From Podarcis cretensis (lineage: Eukaryota): a stretch of 64,000 nucleotides of DNA. Positions within the stretch are counted from its first letter, which is position 1, and each line of letters starts with the position of its first letter. Shown here piece after piece: positions 1-14,798 of this stretch. Where the stretch lies: assembly GCA_951804945.1 (NCBI GenBank), contig OX638149.1:77872001-77936000 (forward strand). Direction: 5' to 3'. A program made the translations under genes and the position numbers. The notes below the pieces were generated by a model that saw only the letters and a list, made by a program, of their open reading frames with translations, was not told the DNA's origin and searched no databases.

Positions 1-158
1 GAATGCACGCAGTCATGCACTGACACTCGTCCACGTAGATGTAGTCATAGTCAATGCTTCTGCCATCCTGGCATGTCAAGGTCACCTTTCTCCTATGGCT
101 CTTGAGCTCCTGGCAGCAGGTACACTCACGTTGCATTGCATTTGCTTCACTGGAATAC
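1..158 (-). CDS. MUC5B: Last coding exon (partial), cystine knot ([17 protein letters not shown]...VDECQC)
   Basis: Acceptor at 159-160; CTCCQE motif; runs off the window before a stop. Confidence 0.95.
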
Positions 159-3100
159 CTGTCCAAGTGAAATATATTAGATTAGAAGTTTTCCTGAAAA
201 TGTGACTCTGCCACATTTAGCAGTCTAGGCTGACTGCTAGATCTCACTATTCCCAGCTTAGATTTACCAAATCCCAATGATTGGATTTAAGAGCAGGAGG
301 TTTTTGCCTATCAAAACAGGCTTAGGTAAAGTGCTGATTTTAAAGAAATGTATTTGCTTTCAAAGTTTCTATCTATAGTTTTTGTTTCATGAGCAATTTG
401 GTCCTCAACATGCTACCAAATCAAGGGAGGAACCAAAGCAACATGAGGTGTGGAGGAGTGGAGGAGTGGGGATGCAAAAGGCTACGTCTACATAAAACAC
501 TTTCTTTCACATGATTCAAGTTTTACTTCCAAACCAGAATATGGGAAGGGAAACAGATCTGGGGAAATAAAAGTGTGTTATGGATTGGGATTGCCCCTCC
601 AATATTCCTGCAGGAACAAACCAATGTTCCTACACATAGATTGAAGAATCTGTGCACAGATCAGGATTCTCTAGTTCTGCCACATGGATAGATGGAAAAT
701 CAGGGTACCAAGTACATGGAAACAAGATACTTTGTGAGTACAGTTAGTACAGTTTGTCCCAAATGTAAAAATAATAATAATAAAGAATACAACATTTCTC
801 CTGTATGTAGTTGTGTAAAGTGTAGAATCAGGATGACAGTCTTTTATTCAATGACTGGCAGTTAATACACACACAGGAAATGATCACATGTGCAACACTT
901 CATGTTCCAGCTCTGGTGAAGATTATTTCTGAATCTGGGACTAAACCAAATTCAGCATCCTGTTGTGCAATGGACTTTCACTTCTGCAAATGGGAACTTC
1001 CCATTCCTCTGCTCCCCACTCCAGTCTCCTGTGCACTCCTAAAGTCTGTTCCAGAGGGCTTGGGGGCCCTAAACAACAAATTTGAGGGGGCACAGGGAGG
1101 AGGAGAGGAAGGGGAAGTCCTGTTGCATCCACTGTAGTGACACTGGATTTCTCCCCTGGTTTTTTATATTAGGGACACAATACAATTTTGAGAGCCCAAG
1201 CAGCAAGCTGAAGGGAAATAATGGCACTGATAGATGCTACATACACACCATACATTTAAAGCGAATTTTCATCCCAAAAAACAATCCTGGGGTTGGTTTA
1301 TATTCCCCTCCCAGAGTTACTATTTCCAGCACCCTTAACAAACTAGGGTTCTGTGTACATTGTCATAATGACAGAATGTAATCAGTGTACTGGTGTATTC
1401 ACATACAAGAGCTGAGAGTGCTCCTGCTTCAAAATGCATATGAAATTCACTGTGAGAAACTTTGTAATTTTCTGCTTGGTATGACTTGAATATCCCAAAA
1501 TGACGTGGATAAATGGATAAGACTTTTTTGTCACTTACTTTGAAGAGCTTGGACAAGCCCCTTCACAGTAGGTCAGTTCCACAACTTCAGAAGATATGCA
1601 TTCACTCTGACGTATAAGAGTTTGGTTCTTGTGAACCTTGCAGTCATTTGCTGAAAGAAAGAGGTGTGTGGGGGGGGAGGAAATCAATAAATATCATGTC
1701 ATAATTTTCACTGATGTGGATTTCTACCTCTGGTTACAGATGAGCTACAGAACAAAAGAGGCATATAGACATATGGCATCAAAGAGTATGCTTAATTTAG
1801 GTCTTTAGTAATAGATAGCATTCTGCTAAATGCTATTTATAGAAAGTTTCTTGTAGGTAGGTCTGTTTTTCAAAGCAACCATAGTTTGCTACTTGCTTGC
1901 TGTACTGCTTGCCTCAGGGATCTGATTGGCTACTGTGAGAAAAGGCTGCGGGACTAGATAGGCCATAAGCTTGATCCAACAGACTCATCTTATGTTCTTA
2001 TGAAGACTCAGTGCAAAACAAGACTTTCAGCAAAAATAAGTAGGACAAACAACAGCTGCAGGTTTCAGAAGAGGCTTCTCTCCATCTCAAACAATATATG
2101 AAGGTTAGATAACAGGAGATGGTTCTTAATCTAAATAGAGTTAAGCTGGACCTAGGCACAGTATTGTTCAGACATTTGTTGTAAAATGCCCTAGTAATCA
2201 ACAAGGTAAGCAAAAACTTCACTTACTTTTAGGTTTACATGTTTCACAGCAGCCATCAGGAGTCAGTTCAAGTTCATGCTATAGAACAGGAAAAGAAGGT
2301 GGTTGTTGTTGTTGTTGTTGTTGTTGTTTTAAAAAACAAAACACTGCTGCTGCATGCAAAAGTGGGAACTTTCTAGTACTGGATTTGCACTGTGCCCTTA
2401 CAGACACCCCCCCCCCAAGTGTCCCTATATCCATTGTCCAGGATAAGTCTGACAAACAAGTATTGTTTATTATTTTAAAACTGGTGACAGTGATTGCACA
2501 TGATATCTTACTCAAAAACGTCTTGAGAACTTATTGTCTGAGTTTTAACATAATTAGAGCAGAAATGATTATAAATCAAGAATGGGAAAAAGAAAACTTA
2601 CAGATTCACACTCCTCTGGATGAATGATGGGACATTTCCTTTTAGATTGGACCAGAATGAATGTATCATTCATTTGCTCACATTCGTAGTAGCTGCAGTT
2701 ATTTCCTCCAGGTGGCCAAATATCACCAGGCTGTTGTCATGAATAAAACAGAGCATTATTTGTTTTGTTTGTAAGTTTTAGCATACCAAATATACTCTAA
2801 AATTAGCTAGATTGTCACTGCCCACAATCACATCTCATTGGTTCAGGACATGTCACAATTTATTCTAACCCTCATTTTCCATAGCAACTCTGTAGTTATA
2901 ATCCGAAACACACTTGTTGGAAATTGGTCTTTTTTTCTTAGATGCAGGTAAGTGGGCTTTGGCTTTGCATGTGAGATACTGTATATTGTATATGGGACAG
3001 AGAGAGATTGGCTTCTCCCAGAACTAGCCACCCATGAGCCACATTACCAAGACGACATTTGAACTTGCATCACCTGGCATCCAAATCCAATACATCATAA

Positions 3101-6100
3101 ATATATTTGAATGATGAGAAATAATCAGAACTTAGAGCAGTCAAGGCTGCTTTTAAATGCTACGAAATCAATTCAAATTGTGACATTAATGGTAATGAAC
3201 AATTCTACCTTGTCCTACTGATTCTAATATTAACTGGAGTAGGGAACCCGCAGTCATTCAGATGTTGCTGAACTACAATTCTGATCATCGCTGACCACTG
3301 AGGTTGAAGAGAGCTAGAATCCAACAACATTTGAAGGGCCACAAGTTCCCCACCCCTGATTTAAGCACTAACTCAGGTAGTCTGGCAACCTGGATCTCAC
3401 TGGACCCAGCTTGACCTCAGTGCTTGATAAACACAAGGCAATTGCATAATCAGGTTTAACTAGCTAGCTTTTTATTTTGTGATTGGGCACCACCTATTTA
3501 GGGAGCAACAGATTATTTGCAGGATCAGATTCTTCACTTCTTGCAAGTGACTCCCATTATTTTGGGTGCAAGTTTCTGTGTTTCCTTGTTTGATGTCTCA
3601 CAACTCACTAGATCCTTAATCCACAGAACTTTCACATGCCTTCCTTCTGACCTTCTAGCTAAGTCGTAGATGAGTTCTCAAATATCAGGTAGACAATTGC
3701 TGCCATGAGAGCCATGCTTACAGATACTGAATGACCATTCAAATCCCCACAGCCTGTTCAGCTTAGCCTGTTCACATTTCAGTCATTTACTTGGACCCCT
3801 CAGTGTTCATTTGTGTATGCAGTGTAGACTTTGGTTCTCTAAATTCATGTGTCCCAATTTGAAAAGAAGGCCAAGAATGAGCAAAAAGTATGCTTGAGAA
3901 CGCCTACAATCAGCATTGTCAGTTGGGTAAAGAAAGTAGAAGAGTGAGAATACATAATTACCTGTAGTATCTCAGTGGTTTCATTCATGTTGATTATGCA
4001 TGCATTCTGGACACACTTTCCACAACACTCCCCAGCTTCTACCTGGTACTCGTAACCCTGTTTGGCAGACAGGAAAAGTTAACCATGCATGATACGTGTG
4101 GAAGAGGCAGCCACCTGCAATGATGAAGACTGCAATCCTAACCCCATTTACCTTGGGAAAAGACCCACTGAATTCAATAGCACTTACTTGTGTACAGACA
4201 TAAGTTAGGATTGTGCTGTTGGGGAAGAAGCAGTAATAGGGGAAATAAAGATTTGTGCTTACCTCTTGGCAATCCTTATCACATGTAACTGGTTGACATT
4301 TTACAAGATTTGTATTGGAGTCTGGGTCCTTTTCAGAGCTGCAGACACATGTTTCACAAGGCTTGCTAGGAACAGGCATTTCAGCCTGGGAAAAGTCAAA
4401 GAATAGCAGTTGTATTTATAAAAAGAATGTATAAAGCAACTTTGTGAACCAAATATCAAATTCTTTTTAAAGATTTCTAACATACAAAATGTTTTCAACT
4501 CTTGCTTTTATTTCACTTTATAAGAACTCCATTAATATTCTAAATAAGCAATCAGGGAACAGAAAAACGATGAATGATAGCAACTTATGCAAGGCCACCA
4601 AGTGGGTTCAGAAACGAGCAAATATTTGAAGCCACATTTCTAAGAATCCAAGATACTTCTGTGGAAACATCCTTGATTTTTAAACTGAGTATTAATTCCT
4701 GTTTTATATTGTAACTGTGTTTGCCATGGTTACACCAATATTATATTTGCATTTTCCTAAGTAAAGCATTTTCCTAAGTGTAAGAAGAAATATATGTCTA
4801 ATAGGGTTGCCAGCTTCTTAACCAATCTCAGCTGCTGTGTTTAACAGCCATGTGAAAATTAACAGCTGAAACTTTTCACAGCATGGAAATGAACATTATA
4901 CCTTCTTATCTCTCTAATTTCCACGCTGTGAAAAGTTTCAGCTGTTAATTTTCTAAAGTCAAGCTGCTGTTAATTTTTGAAAGTCAAGCGGCTACAAGAA
5001 AGAAGATTCCACCTAAACATTAGGAAGAACTTCCTGACAGTAAGAGCTGTTCGACAGTGGAATTTGCTGCCAAGGAGTGTGGTGGAGTCTCCTTCTTTGG
5101 AGGTCTTTAAGCAGAGGATTGACAACCATATGTCAGGAGTCCTCTGATGGTGTTTCCTGCTTGGCAGGGGGTTGGACTCGATGGCCCTTGTGGTCTCTTC
5201 CAACTCTGTGATTCTATGCTGCACCAGAGCAGGTCAGGTGTTCTTCTAGATATCTGGCAACCCTAACCTAAACTTGCAGTGGCCATTCCTTGGCATGCAT
5301 CCTTGAGTATTTTGTAATGTGGTTCTGACTTTCACACGTGAGATGTTTATTGTGGGAAATGTTAATATAGTCCCCATGCAACCCAAGAAAAAATATGATT
5401 GTGAAGCAGCACACTCATATCATGATTCATGATATATTGCGAGGTCAAAAATTATGAAACAATATTACGATATGGATTTCAAGCCAGTTTTGGATGATGT
5501 ATTTATATATTGTGCAGCCGTACACAGGATCCACATGACATTGTCATCAACATATCAACCCGTATTCCCCACATCTTTAATTCAGATGTATTTTTTCCAG
5601 AGAAACTCTGCTAGGTTAAAAAAATGTTGCCAATGACCCATTTGCAATATCTCAACAACCCATTTCTAATATTAAGCTCCTGTCTAAATGCATCCTAAAA
5701 CTACCCATTATTAGAAGGCAGAAAACAGTGGCTTGAGTTGCCTCAATGAATTGCTTTTCATCTGGCAGAATTATCTGCCCATTGTCAAACATTTTCCATA
5801 GTTAATGAAGCAGGTGTCCTTTCGAAATGGCCATTTAAAAACTTCCCTGTCTGGACACTTAAGTGTAGGTGGTTTAAATAATTTAGTATGATTTGCACTT
5901 TTACTCAAAAAATGCTTGCTTGGGAAATCCCACCCTCCCCCACCCTCTGTAGTATTCTAATATGGCCTCAAGTTCAAATTCTTAACTTTGAAGTTTGCAT
6001 TTTATTTTGCACCTTCCCCAACCTACTAGAGTGCTCAAAGCGGCGTACAAAGGAACATTTTAAACGGTCAGAAGCCAGTACAACAGTACAGTAAATTGAT

Positions 6101-9100
6101 TTGTTTGGCCCCCTAGTGGCCAAAAGTTGAAAGGATTTCTTGAGGGGGAAATTGGAACTGAGCCCGTTTTGAGGCCTGCTATCTGGAGAACGGTTCCAAG
6201 ATGCCACAGGCCAAAAACGGCAAAACCCCCAAATAAAACCGGTTATTGTTCATCTCACTGGCATATATACATTATGCTGGTGATGAAGGCCTACTGGATA
6301 CATCAGTCTCCCTGAGCGCTGCATACTTTGTAAGCAGAAGTTTGACTGGATGATGCTTTTGGGATGATGCAGCCAACTCAACAGCACAGCAGTCAGTGAA
6401 GATTTGCACATGCAAATCACTGCATGGTTTAGGCAGGGAGGCGCAAGTTGTGGCCCTCTAGGTGTTGGGCTCCAACTTCCCCCAGCCCCAGTCAGCATGC
6501 CCAATGGCCAGTGAGGGTGACAGGCAAGGATTTTTTTCAGCTGGAACTTGCCAGAACACCCGTTCTAGCTCCTCTCAGGTGGGTGCCATTGCCATTTTCC
6601 TCCTCTGGAACACCCTCCTCAGGAAAGCTCACCTAGCACTGACTTCAATGTCTTTTTGGTACGAAGCCAAAATAACCTTCTTTTATCTCCCCAGAACCTT
6701 ATGGTGTTTTATATTATGTGGTTTTAACATCCGTTCTTATTGTTGTCTGGTGGTTCTGCCATTTCACGTTTCTTTTTGGTTGTTTTTAGCTACTCTTGAG
6801 AACCTTCACAGTCGAAAGGTATAATAAATATGTCTGAAAATCAGTATATAAAAAAAGCATGCTCAAACAGCATTGCTTTGACTTGACAGGTATCCCTTGA
6901 AATTAATTTCAAAGTCCGGCTGCTGCTACCGCTACTGCTACTACAGTCTCTGCCTACGACTGAAAAGGGAACAATAGAAAAGAAGGATTTTAATCTGTGT
7001 ACATAGTATATGTAGACATAAAACTCGCATTCTTACCCTGTAAACTGTTCCATTGACAAGACAGACATCTGGGATTGGTACTGAAAACAGAAACAGACAA
7101 TTACTTTAAAATATGATGGGGAAATTATGTTTATAAGGTCCATTCCTGGATCCTCATCCCCCTAAGCTTTCTTCATTTCACCTGCCTAAATTAAGTGAGT
7201 GGGGGATCAATTTGATGTTGCTATTGTTTCACAGCTGGGAGGCAGGTATCCTTGCTGATCTAGTGCAGATCAACCAGAGATCTACATCCACCTTTTGCTG
7301 ACTCCAGCTTTAAATATGGTAACTTATCTGACAGGGAAACTCTTTGAAAAAGATTGGGGGCGGGGAGAGGAGAGTAAGGTGATACCTCATTGCTCACTTG
7401 ACTGTTGGATATAATCCTTTCTGTGCAAAAGTGAAAGGAGATACATGAACACTTTGCGTTCTTAAAAGGCCTGCCCTTCTCTGTATTTATTTATTGCCAC
7501 TCCTTATTATTTATATATCACCTTGCCTCCAAGGAGCTTAAGGCAATGTACGTAGTCCCTGCTCCCACCACACACACACACAAACTTTTACCATCACAAC
7601 AATCCTGTGAAATGGATTCAGGTGAGAGATAAATCTGTAAAGCACATTTGAAACATGTTCTTTCCCTCAGGGAATGTTAGGCACTGTGGTTTATTAAAGG
7701 TTGCCAGGAATTTTAACTACGAGGGGTAAACTACAGTGGCCAGAGTTCTTTTGGAGGAAATAATGTGTTTCAAATGTGCTTTAAATGTATTTTGTGTACA
7801 CAGTGACTGGCCCAAAGTTACTCAATGAGCTTTGTGGCCTAGTGGAGTTTTGAAGATGAGTTTCTCCAGCTTTTAGTCTGACACTAGTCCAAGGTGGCTT
7901 TGAAGTATAGTGCATACTGTTTGACATTGCACTCCAGAATGTGTCTTCAGTTTCCAAAATGTTTTCATGGCAACATTTTTGTTTGTTTGTTTTAAGGAGG
8001 GGAGTGTGGAATGCTTCCACTGTACGTAAATTATGTCTGGCTTCAGCCTAACTTGATGTTTTAATCTCTCTCATCTACTTTCTCTCTCTACATGTCAGAA
8101 TGCTAGCACTTACTACAGGGAAAGCTGACACAGCAGTCTCCTTCAAGCAGGACTGGGGTTGCTTCGTATCCAAGTTCACAAGGTTTCTTTTCGTTGGAGC
8201 AGGTAGTAGTATTGCATTCTGTGGAATAATCAGAAAACATAACAGAGCTGAAGAAGCAAGTCTAGCACCCCAGCCTTAAATGTTTAGACCAGCAAATATT
8301 CCTGTGGTGCTAGGACAATAATCCTATTCAGTATCATGACTGGTGGGTGAGAGCGTACCGGGGTGGGGTAGGTATGCACGAGGAAGACCGGCATGGCCCC
8401 CTCCATCAGCCAGAGAAAAAACAGCTGAAGGAGGTTTGACACATACATACCCACTCACCGCCCAACACGTCACACACTAGTATTGTAGAGCTGAAGGACA
8501 GCATACTCCAGGGCATTAAAAGCTGCTAGCAGTTTACTCCCCTTGCCTCCCAAGCTGGCCATCGTGGCAAGTGGGAGACCTAGCCAATCCCCACCCATCC
8601 ACCATCCACAATAAGCTTGTTTCACCCCTTCAGGCTAAAAAGAACAGTAAGATCCAAGGTCTGAGTATGCCTCCCCCCCCCCCCGCCCACCGCTTCCTTT
8701 CCCTCTCATGCCAGGTCTGTTATATTTCAAGACCTAGGGCAGGGACTGTCTTATTACTGATCATTGTAAGTTTTGCTGCAAGCCTTTTTCTGGCTAACAG
8801 GTGGACTAAAAATGCATTAAATAAATAAATACATTTCAGAATTGACTTAGCTTGCCTTCAGATCATATTGTAAAGGAGGGGAAGGAGACTAGCAAATCTC
8901 CTGTTTCTGACAAGTCCTCCAGTCCTAAGCAGATTTCTGTCAAGAATTCCTACTAAGGTTGAAGGACATACTGCCAAGTTAATGTATGTAGGATTGCAAG
9001 TTAATTGTAGTAAAGCTCTTTTGACTATATGGTGAGCAAAGCAAAGCATCCAAACCCAGAGATTTAACTCTTTATCTGCCTGTCAGTCCCCATATGACAA

Positions 9101-12100
9101 GAGAAAATGGTTTGTTTGTTTTTTGTATTTTTTACAGATTGCTCTGTGTAGTTATTTACTATAGAGATAATTAAGTTGGGATAGAATTGTGCAACTGATG
9201 TTACCTGCCAACATGTAATGCTGTCTGGATGTCTGTGTTTCCCCCTCAACCAAAGCAACAGTAACCATAATAGCACAAATTGTTTCATCAACAGAGGGCA
9301 GAATTGAATTGATTGGCATTGGCTATCAATAAATAATACATGCAAATACGTACTACATTGAAGTTCTGGACAGCACGGGTCTTTTGGTGTCAGCACAGGG
9401 ACAGGCACAAACCCTTCTTTCTCACATTTGGGTGGTTCCGATGACACACAGGTCTGTGGCTTGCACTGGACGCTCTCAGTCAATGGGTCACAAATACACT
9501 CTTGACAGTTGCTCTTCCATGAGGAGCCAGGCTATATGAAAAAGAAAGCAAATCAGTTAACACTGTATGGCAGCAATGAAACCTATCATCATCTGCTTAC
9601 TTGTCAATTATAAGACCTTAAGCTTTCTTTAGAAGGGGCACCTAGTTGATCTTAAGTTTCCTGTAATATCAAACTTACGGTAACTGTGCAATAAGCTTTG
9701 GACCAGAGCCATACAATACAACTTGAAGGTGCTTCTTAAGGATTGTTTCCACCACCCCACAAATGGCTATAAAAAGACTTCCTTAAATTATAAGATACAG
9801 AAAGTTATGCTGAACCAGGGAGATGCACATATATAGCATTGGTTCTATATGTGCCTTAGGCATGGCCTTCTGAGTCCTCTGAAAGTCTTGTTGGTCTTCT
9901 TCTGAAACCCAAGCAAAGTACTTACGATGGAGACCACAACCTCTATCAGCTATTTTAATTTCCATCACTTCCATCAATGTCTTTCTTTGAGATCACAAAG
10001 TGTTGCATTAGATGTTAGTCCTACTCAGAATAGACCCATTGAAATTGATGGACATGACTAAGTTTGGCCAATTAATATTAGTGTATCTAATCTGATGTTT
10101 CAAAGGCTTCAGGGGACAACTGGTGTACCTCTCAATCCAAAGGGGGCTGGAAAGTGTGCTGTACAATCCATCTGACAGCTATAGAACCCAGGAGAGGCTG
10201 GTATTTCAGACTATGTCTGCTTCTCCTTCAGAAACACTTCTATGTTTCTGACCAGCTCACTATTTCTGCATGTTGATAATAATTATCTTGATCTACTGGT
10301 ACATGCCAGTTATGCATACCAAAACTACAAATCTCTTTGCTACAAAGAAAAGTTTCAATGACTTCTATTGCTTTCTTTTGGTTATTCTCCAACACACACA
10401 CACAGTGTATAACAATAACAAGAAACTAAATTAAATAAAATATTGTGAATTCTCTCCCTCCCCACATGACTTTACCCTCCCTCCTAAAATCTGAAATGAT
10501 CTCCGACTCCTACTACAATATAAAATGATGCCCTTGTCTGGTAAAGCAGAAGTTTAGCACTAATAATAACAGTTTGCCGCCTTGTGATTGTATGTGCAGG
10601 GGTGCAGGGTGTTGCAGTCATAGTGGGTCCAATTATTAGTCCCTTGTCAGTTCTGGATGATTCTCTATGTTGCCTGTGTATAGGCAACGGTCTAGGCATA
10701 ATCTTTCCAAGTGAAATACTCACTGGTTTGGGCAATCCGTCTGGTCCCACGCAGCCTGGAAATAAATAAAGGCATAAGAATTCATACAGATCCCTTATAT
10801 TCCATAAACATGTAAACTGCCTTATAGTTTCCTATAGCCATTATTATGCAGCTTTTTCCAGCTAAGTAACCAGTTTATACAGAGAATTTCACCACATGCT
10901 GAATTTTTACAGGATTCTTCCTGGGTTGTTCTTTAAAAACATACCTCCATGCAGTATAATAAAAATACAGGCATAACAATACTGTATTAACCACATAGTA
11001 GTAAAACTTAATTTCATCACATGGAACGGAGCATTTATGTGTAACCACAGAAGGAAATGGATGCTGAGGATGCCATAGCATCCTGCTATTCTTCACCACT
11101 TGTGGCATGCCCCCTGCAGGTCAGCTTCTCATTTTGAGTTTACAGACATTATTTGAAATTACAGAAAGACATGCAAATGTTAGAAAAAGCTAAAGTTACC
11201 CTTGTGTTATTTAGGCCCTAATTATACACATGCACACACCTCTGAGCAGATAAGTAGAGGATTGCCCTTCCACATACCACCTCTAATGAGCTTCATAAGC
11301 TGTTTATTAGGGGCAACAGACCAGAAATAAACCATACAGGACAAGCGTAGCATAGTAACAGCAGCTTAGAAAATAGAAACTAGCAAATATACAAAATAGC
11401 AAATAGCTTCAGGTAAGCCCCTGGAAATAATCCTTCCAGCTTTGGGTGGTTAACTGCCTTCTTATTGTCACAGCCACCAACAGAAATTTGACTGCTGTCT
11501 TTAAAACTTGTGGGATTTTATCTCCCAGCAAATGTTTAACATAGAATTGAGTTGACTTTCCTGGTAATTTGGCCAGTAAAGGGCCAATCATTTGCTGATG
11601 AACTCCAACACCGTTAATTATGCATCTGCTTTTGGTTTAAATTCACATAATTAACCGATCAGGAATAGAGAAACTTACCACATGTTTTGACACAGATATC
11701 CGTGTATGTATTGAAGAGGATTTTGTCCTCTGGGCAGAAGCATCCTTCAGCAACATGCTCACTTGTATCTTTGGTTGGTCTGCAAGGAAAAGAAGAGCAG
11801 ATAATATTATTTCCAGTTCTGTAATCAAACAGTTTAATAGCTTTAATGCTCACCTTCATAAAAACACTATTTTTTCTAAGGGATTACAGTATTTAAATGC
11901 AAAAGAAAATTGGCGCTTTCCTAAGAAGTAAATAAATACTGTAGCCATTCACTATAAATGGCATAATAAGAGACAACAGGTTAATTGCAACAGTTTATGT
12001 TAAGAGTAAGAATTGTGTGTTGGGAATCCGGTCAGCACAATTATTTGCATGTCTACTCAGAAATAAGTTTTTCAGGTCAATGGCACTTACTCTCAAGTAA

Positions 12101-14761
12101 GTGTGCATATGGTTGCAGATTAACAGCGCACACTGAACCACTCAGGTCAAAAGTGCTGTAGGCTGAATCTGGCCTATGGGCTGTCACTTCTCCACCCCCA
12201 ATTTAAACCAGTGAAAGCTAGTCTGCCAGGCCACTGTGCTCAAGCTGTAAACACTACACTAGAAGGAAAAAATATTTGAAAGGATCTTTCTTAATCTATT
12301 TACAGTGGTACTTCGGGTTACATACGCTTCAGGTTACAGACTCCGCTAACCCAGAAATAGTACCTCGGGTTAAGGATAAGAACAGAAATCGTGCTCCGGC
12401 AGCGCGGCAGCAGCAGGAGGCCCCATTAGCTAAAGTGGTGCTTCAGGTTAAGAATGGTTTCAGGTTAAGAACGGACCTCCAGAACGAATTAATCCGAGGT
12501 ACCACTGTACAATGCTATCCACTGTACAATGCTATCCAATTGCACTATGCATGGGATCAGGGTTGAAACAGAATCCCTTTTTTGAGCTAAGAACAAGGTA
12601 ATGCGGAATAGTTATCCTGGCTTTAAACTCTTTTCACTTGCTCTGCTTTACTTAATTTGGGACGGACCCCCACCTTTTAACACCCTTGACTTAAGGTAAC
12701 CAAGCTGAATAGAGAGAGTTAAAGCTAGAATAACTATTCAACATTACCATGATTTATGGTATCAGGTAAGCATGCTAATCCATTTATGTGGCCTATACAG
12801 TATTTGTACTCTTGCCTCATTAATTTGTGCAGAGTACAAGCGAGTATGTGATTCCAGGGTAGATGCGTTTAGCACCAAACATTAGAATTACCATGCCCTG
12901 GATTAGCCATAGGGATAGGGCCTGGAGAACCTGAAAAGGTTTATGGTGCCCTGGAGGACCGACTGGATCTTGAAAACATCCTTGTAAAATGAGTAGAGTT
13001 GAAAGACCAAGGCAGGGACTTCTGTGGTGGGAACTGCTCAGGCTCTGGCAGGTTTAAAGTATCTACCAGCAAAGAATGCAGTTTAACCAGGGTTAAAAAC
13101 CTGAAGCTGGCAATCATAATTATTTGGGGAGGAATTGACATGGAATTAATGACCATATAAATAGATAAGAATGCATTTTTAAAAACAAATCCTATTAATT
13201 AATGCAACATTCCCCTAATAATTAACACATCAACTATCCGCTGTTGCCATACTATACTAACTAATTAAAGATCTTCATATAAAGATCTTGATATGACCTT
13301 TATACATTCACCATTTTCTAGCAAGTCATATACATATTTCATATTTGTCTCTTATTCAAAGATACAAAAGTGCAGCCATTAGCATTCAGAGAGCTAATTA
13401 TTTAGTTAATACATACCCATCATCACAGGTGACAGGGTGAATGGGGCCACATGCATTGTACACCTTGTCTTTGGGGCAGTGGTATGCTGTATATAAGAGA
13501 ATAAAATGTGTCATTAAAAAGCAGAATGACTCCAGCATGAGGCAGAATTATGTATTACATGTTGTCATATTATGTTTTTCCCCATTAGCTTTTTAAAAAA
13601 TCACATAAAGCATCTATGGTTGGCATCAGATTGAATGAAGGAGTGGCGTTTGCCAAGGCAAGGCACACCCACACCCAGAGGACTGTTGTAAGCCCCAGTG
13701 CATGCTCAATCCTGACCGACAAATGGAAATATCCATAGCTGAGAACATGGATTCAATACAGACATCCACAGATGGATTCTAATCCAGTGGAGAGAACCTG
13801 TTGGTGGAAAGAGAGGGAGGCAACGTTTGCCAGTTCCCCCATCCTCTTGCAGTGCCACCTCCCATGTTGATCTGGAGGATCCTCCAACCCTCTGGAGCAG
13901 TTTCAGAGGTTGCAATGGGCTTCAGGGAGATGGAGCAATTAGCAAAAGTCAACTTCCCTTCCCTTCTGGATTCAACCCACTATGAAGTACAGAAGCTGAA
14001 ATGTTAATTCTTGTGAAAAAAAGACAAAGACTGAGGGAAACAAACATGCAACTGAAGTTAGAACATGCTATTGTTCAGTTTGCATTGATTACTATTCATC
14101 TGCTGACACCGTTTTGAATGATTGATTGATTGATTGGTTCACTCAGCTATTATTGCTCTACGGTAAATTGCTGCTAACTTTAGGATAAGCGAAAATACGT
14201 TGTCTTCCACTTACGGCATTTTCCTAGCGTCATGTTCCTCCAGTCAGTACAAACCCCTTTAGCTATGCAGAGGGAAGCATATATCTCCAAATTGTAGCAA
14301 GGCACAGAATCATTGGAAGACTGACAGGCTTCAAGGAGGCAGTTTTCATAGTATATTCTGGGAGGCAGAACCTTATGGCATTCTTCAAAGACACTTCAAA
14401 TACAAAAGAATACATGGTTGAACTATGGCTCATAAATATTACAATGTCCCCTTGCCACCCCATTTGCAGTATGAAACTGCGACTGAAAGGATAATATTCT
14501 TAGCAAATATGTACAGTACATTTCACAATGATATCAATTCTAGAAAGATCAGCTTTGTATTACTATGGAAGTAAAAATCCTAGTGTTGCAATGTTACAGC
14601 TCTTTATGGTATATAAGGTAGCTGAGATGCCTTGAAGATACTAAAACAATGCCATGCTTATTGTTGGATGGATCTTATGTTCTTTGTATACTGTGTTAGT
14701 TTTATGATGTTAGCCACCCTGAGCCTGCCTCTGGCTGGGGAGGGCAGGGTGCAAATAAAAC

Positions 14762-14798
<37 letters not shown>

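Noticed and set aside
2279-2515. PolyQ-containing 78-aa ORF
   Set aside because: It is a translation of an intronic (GTT)n microsatellite.
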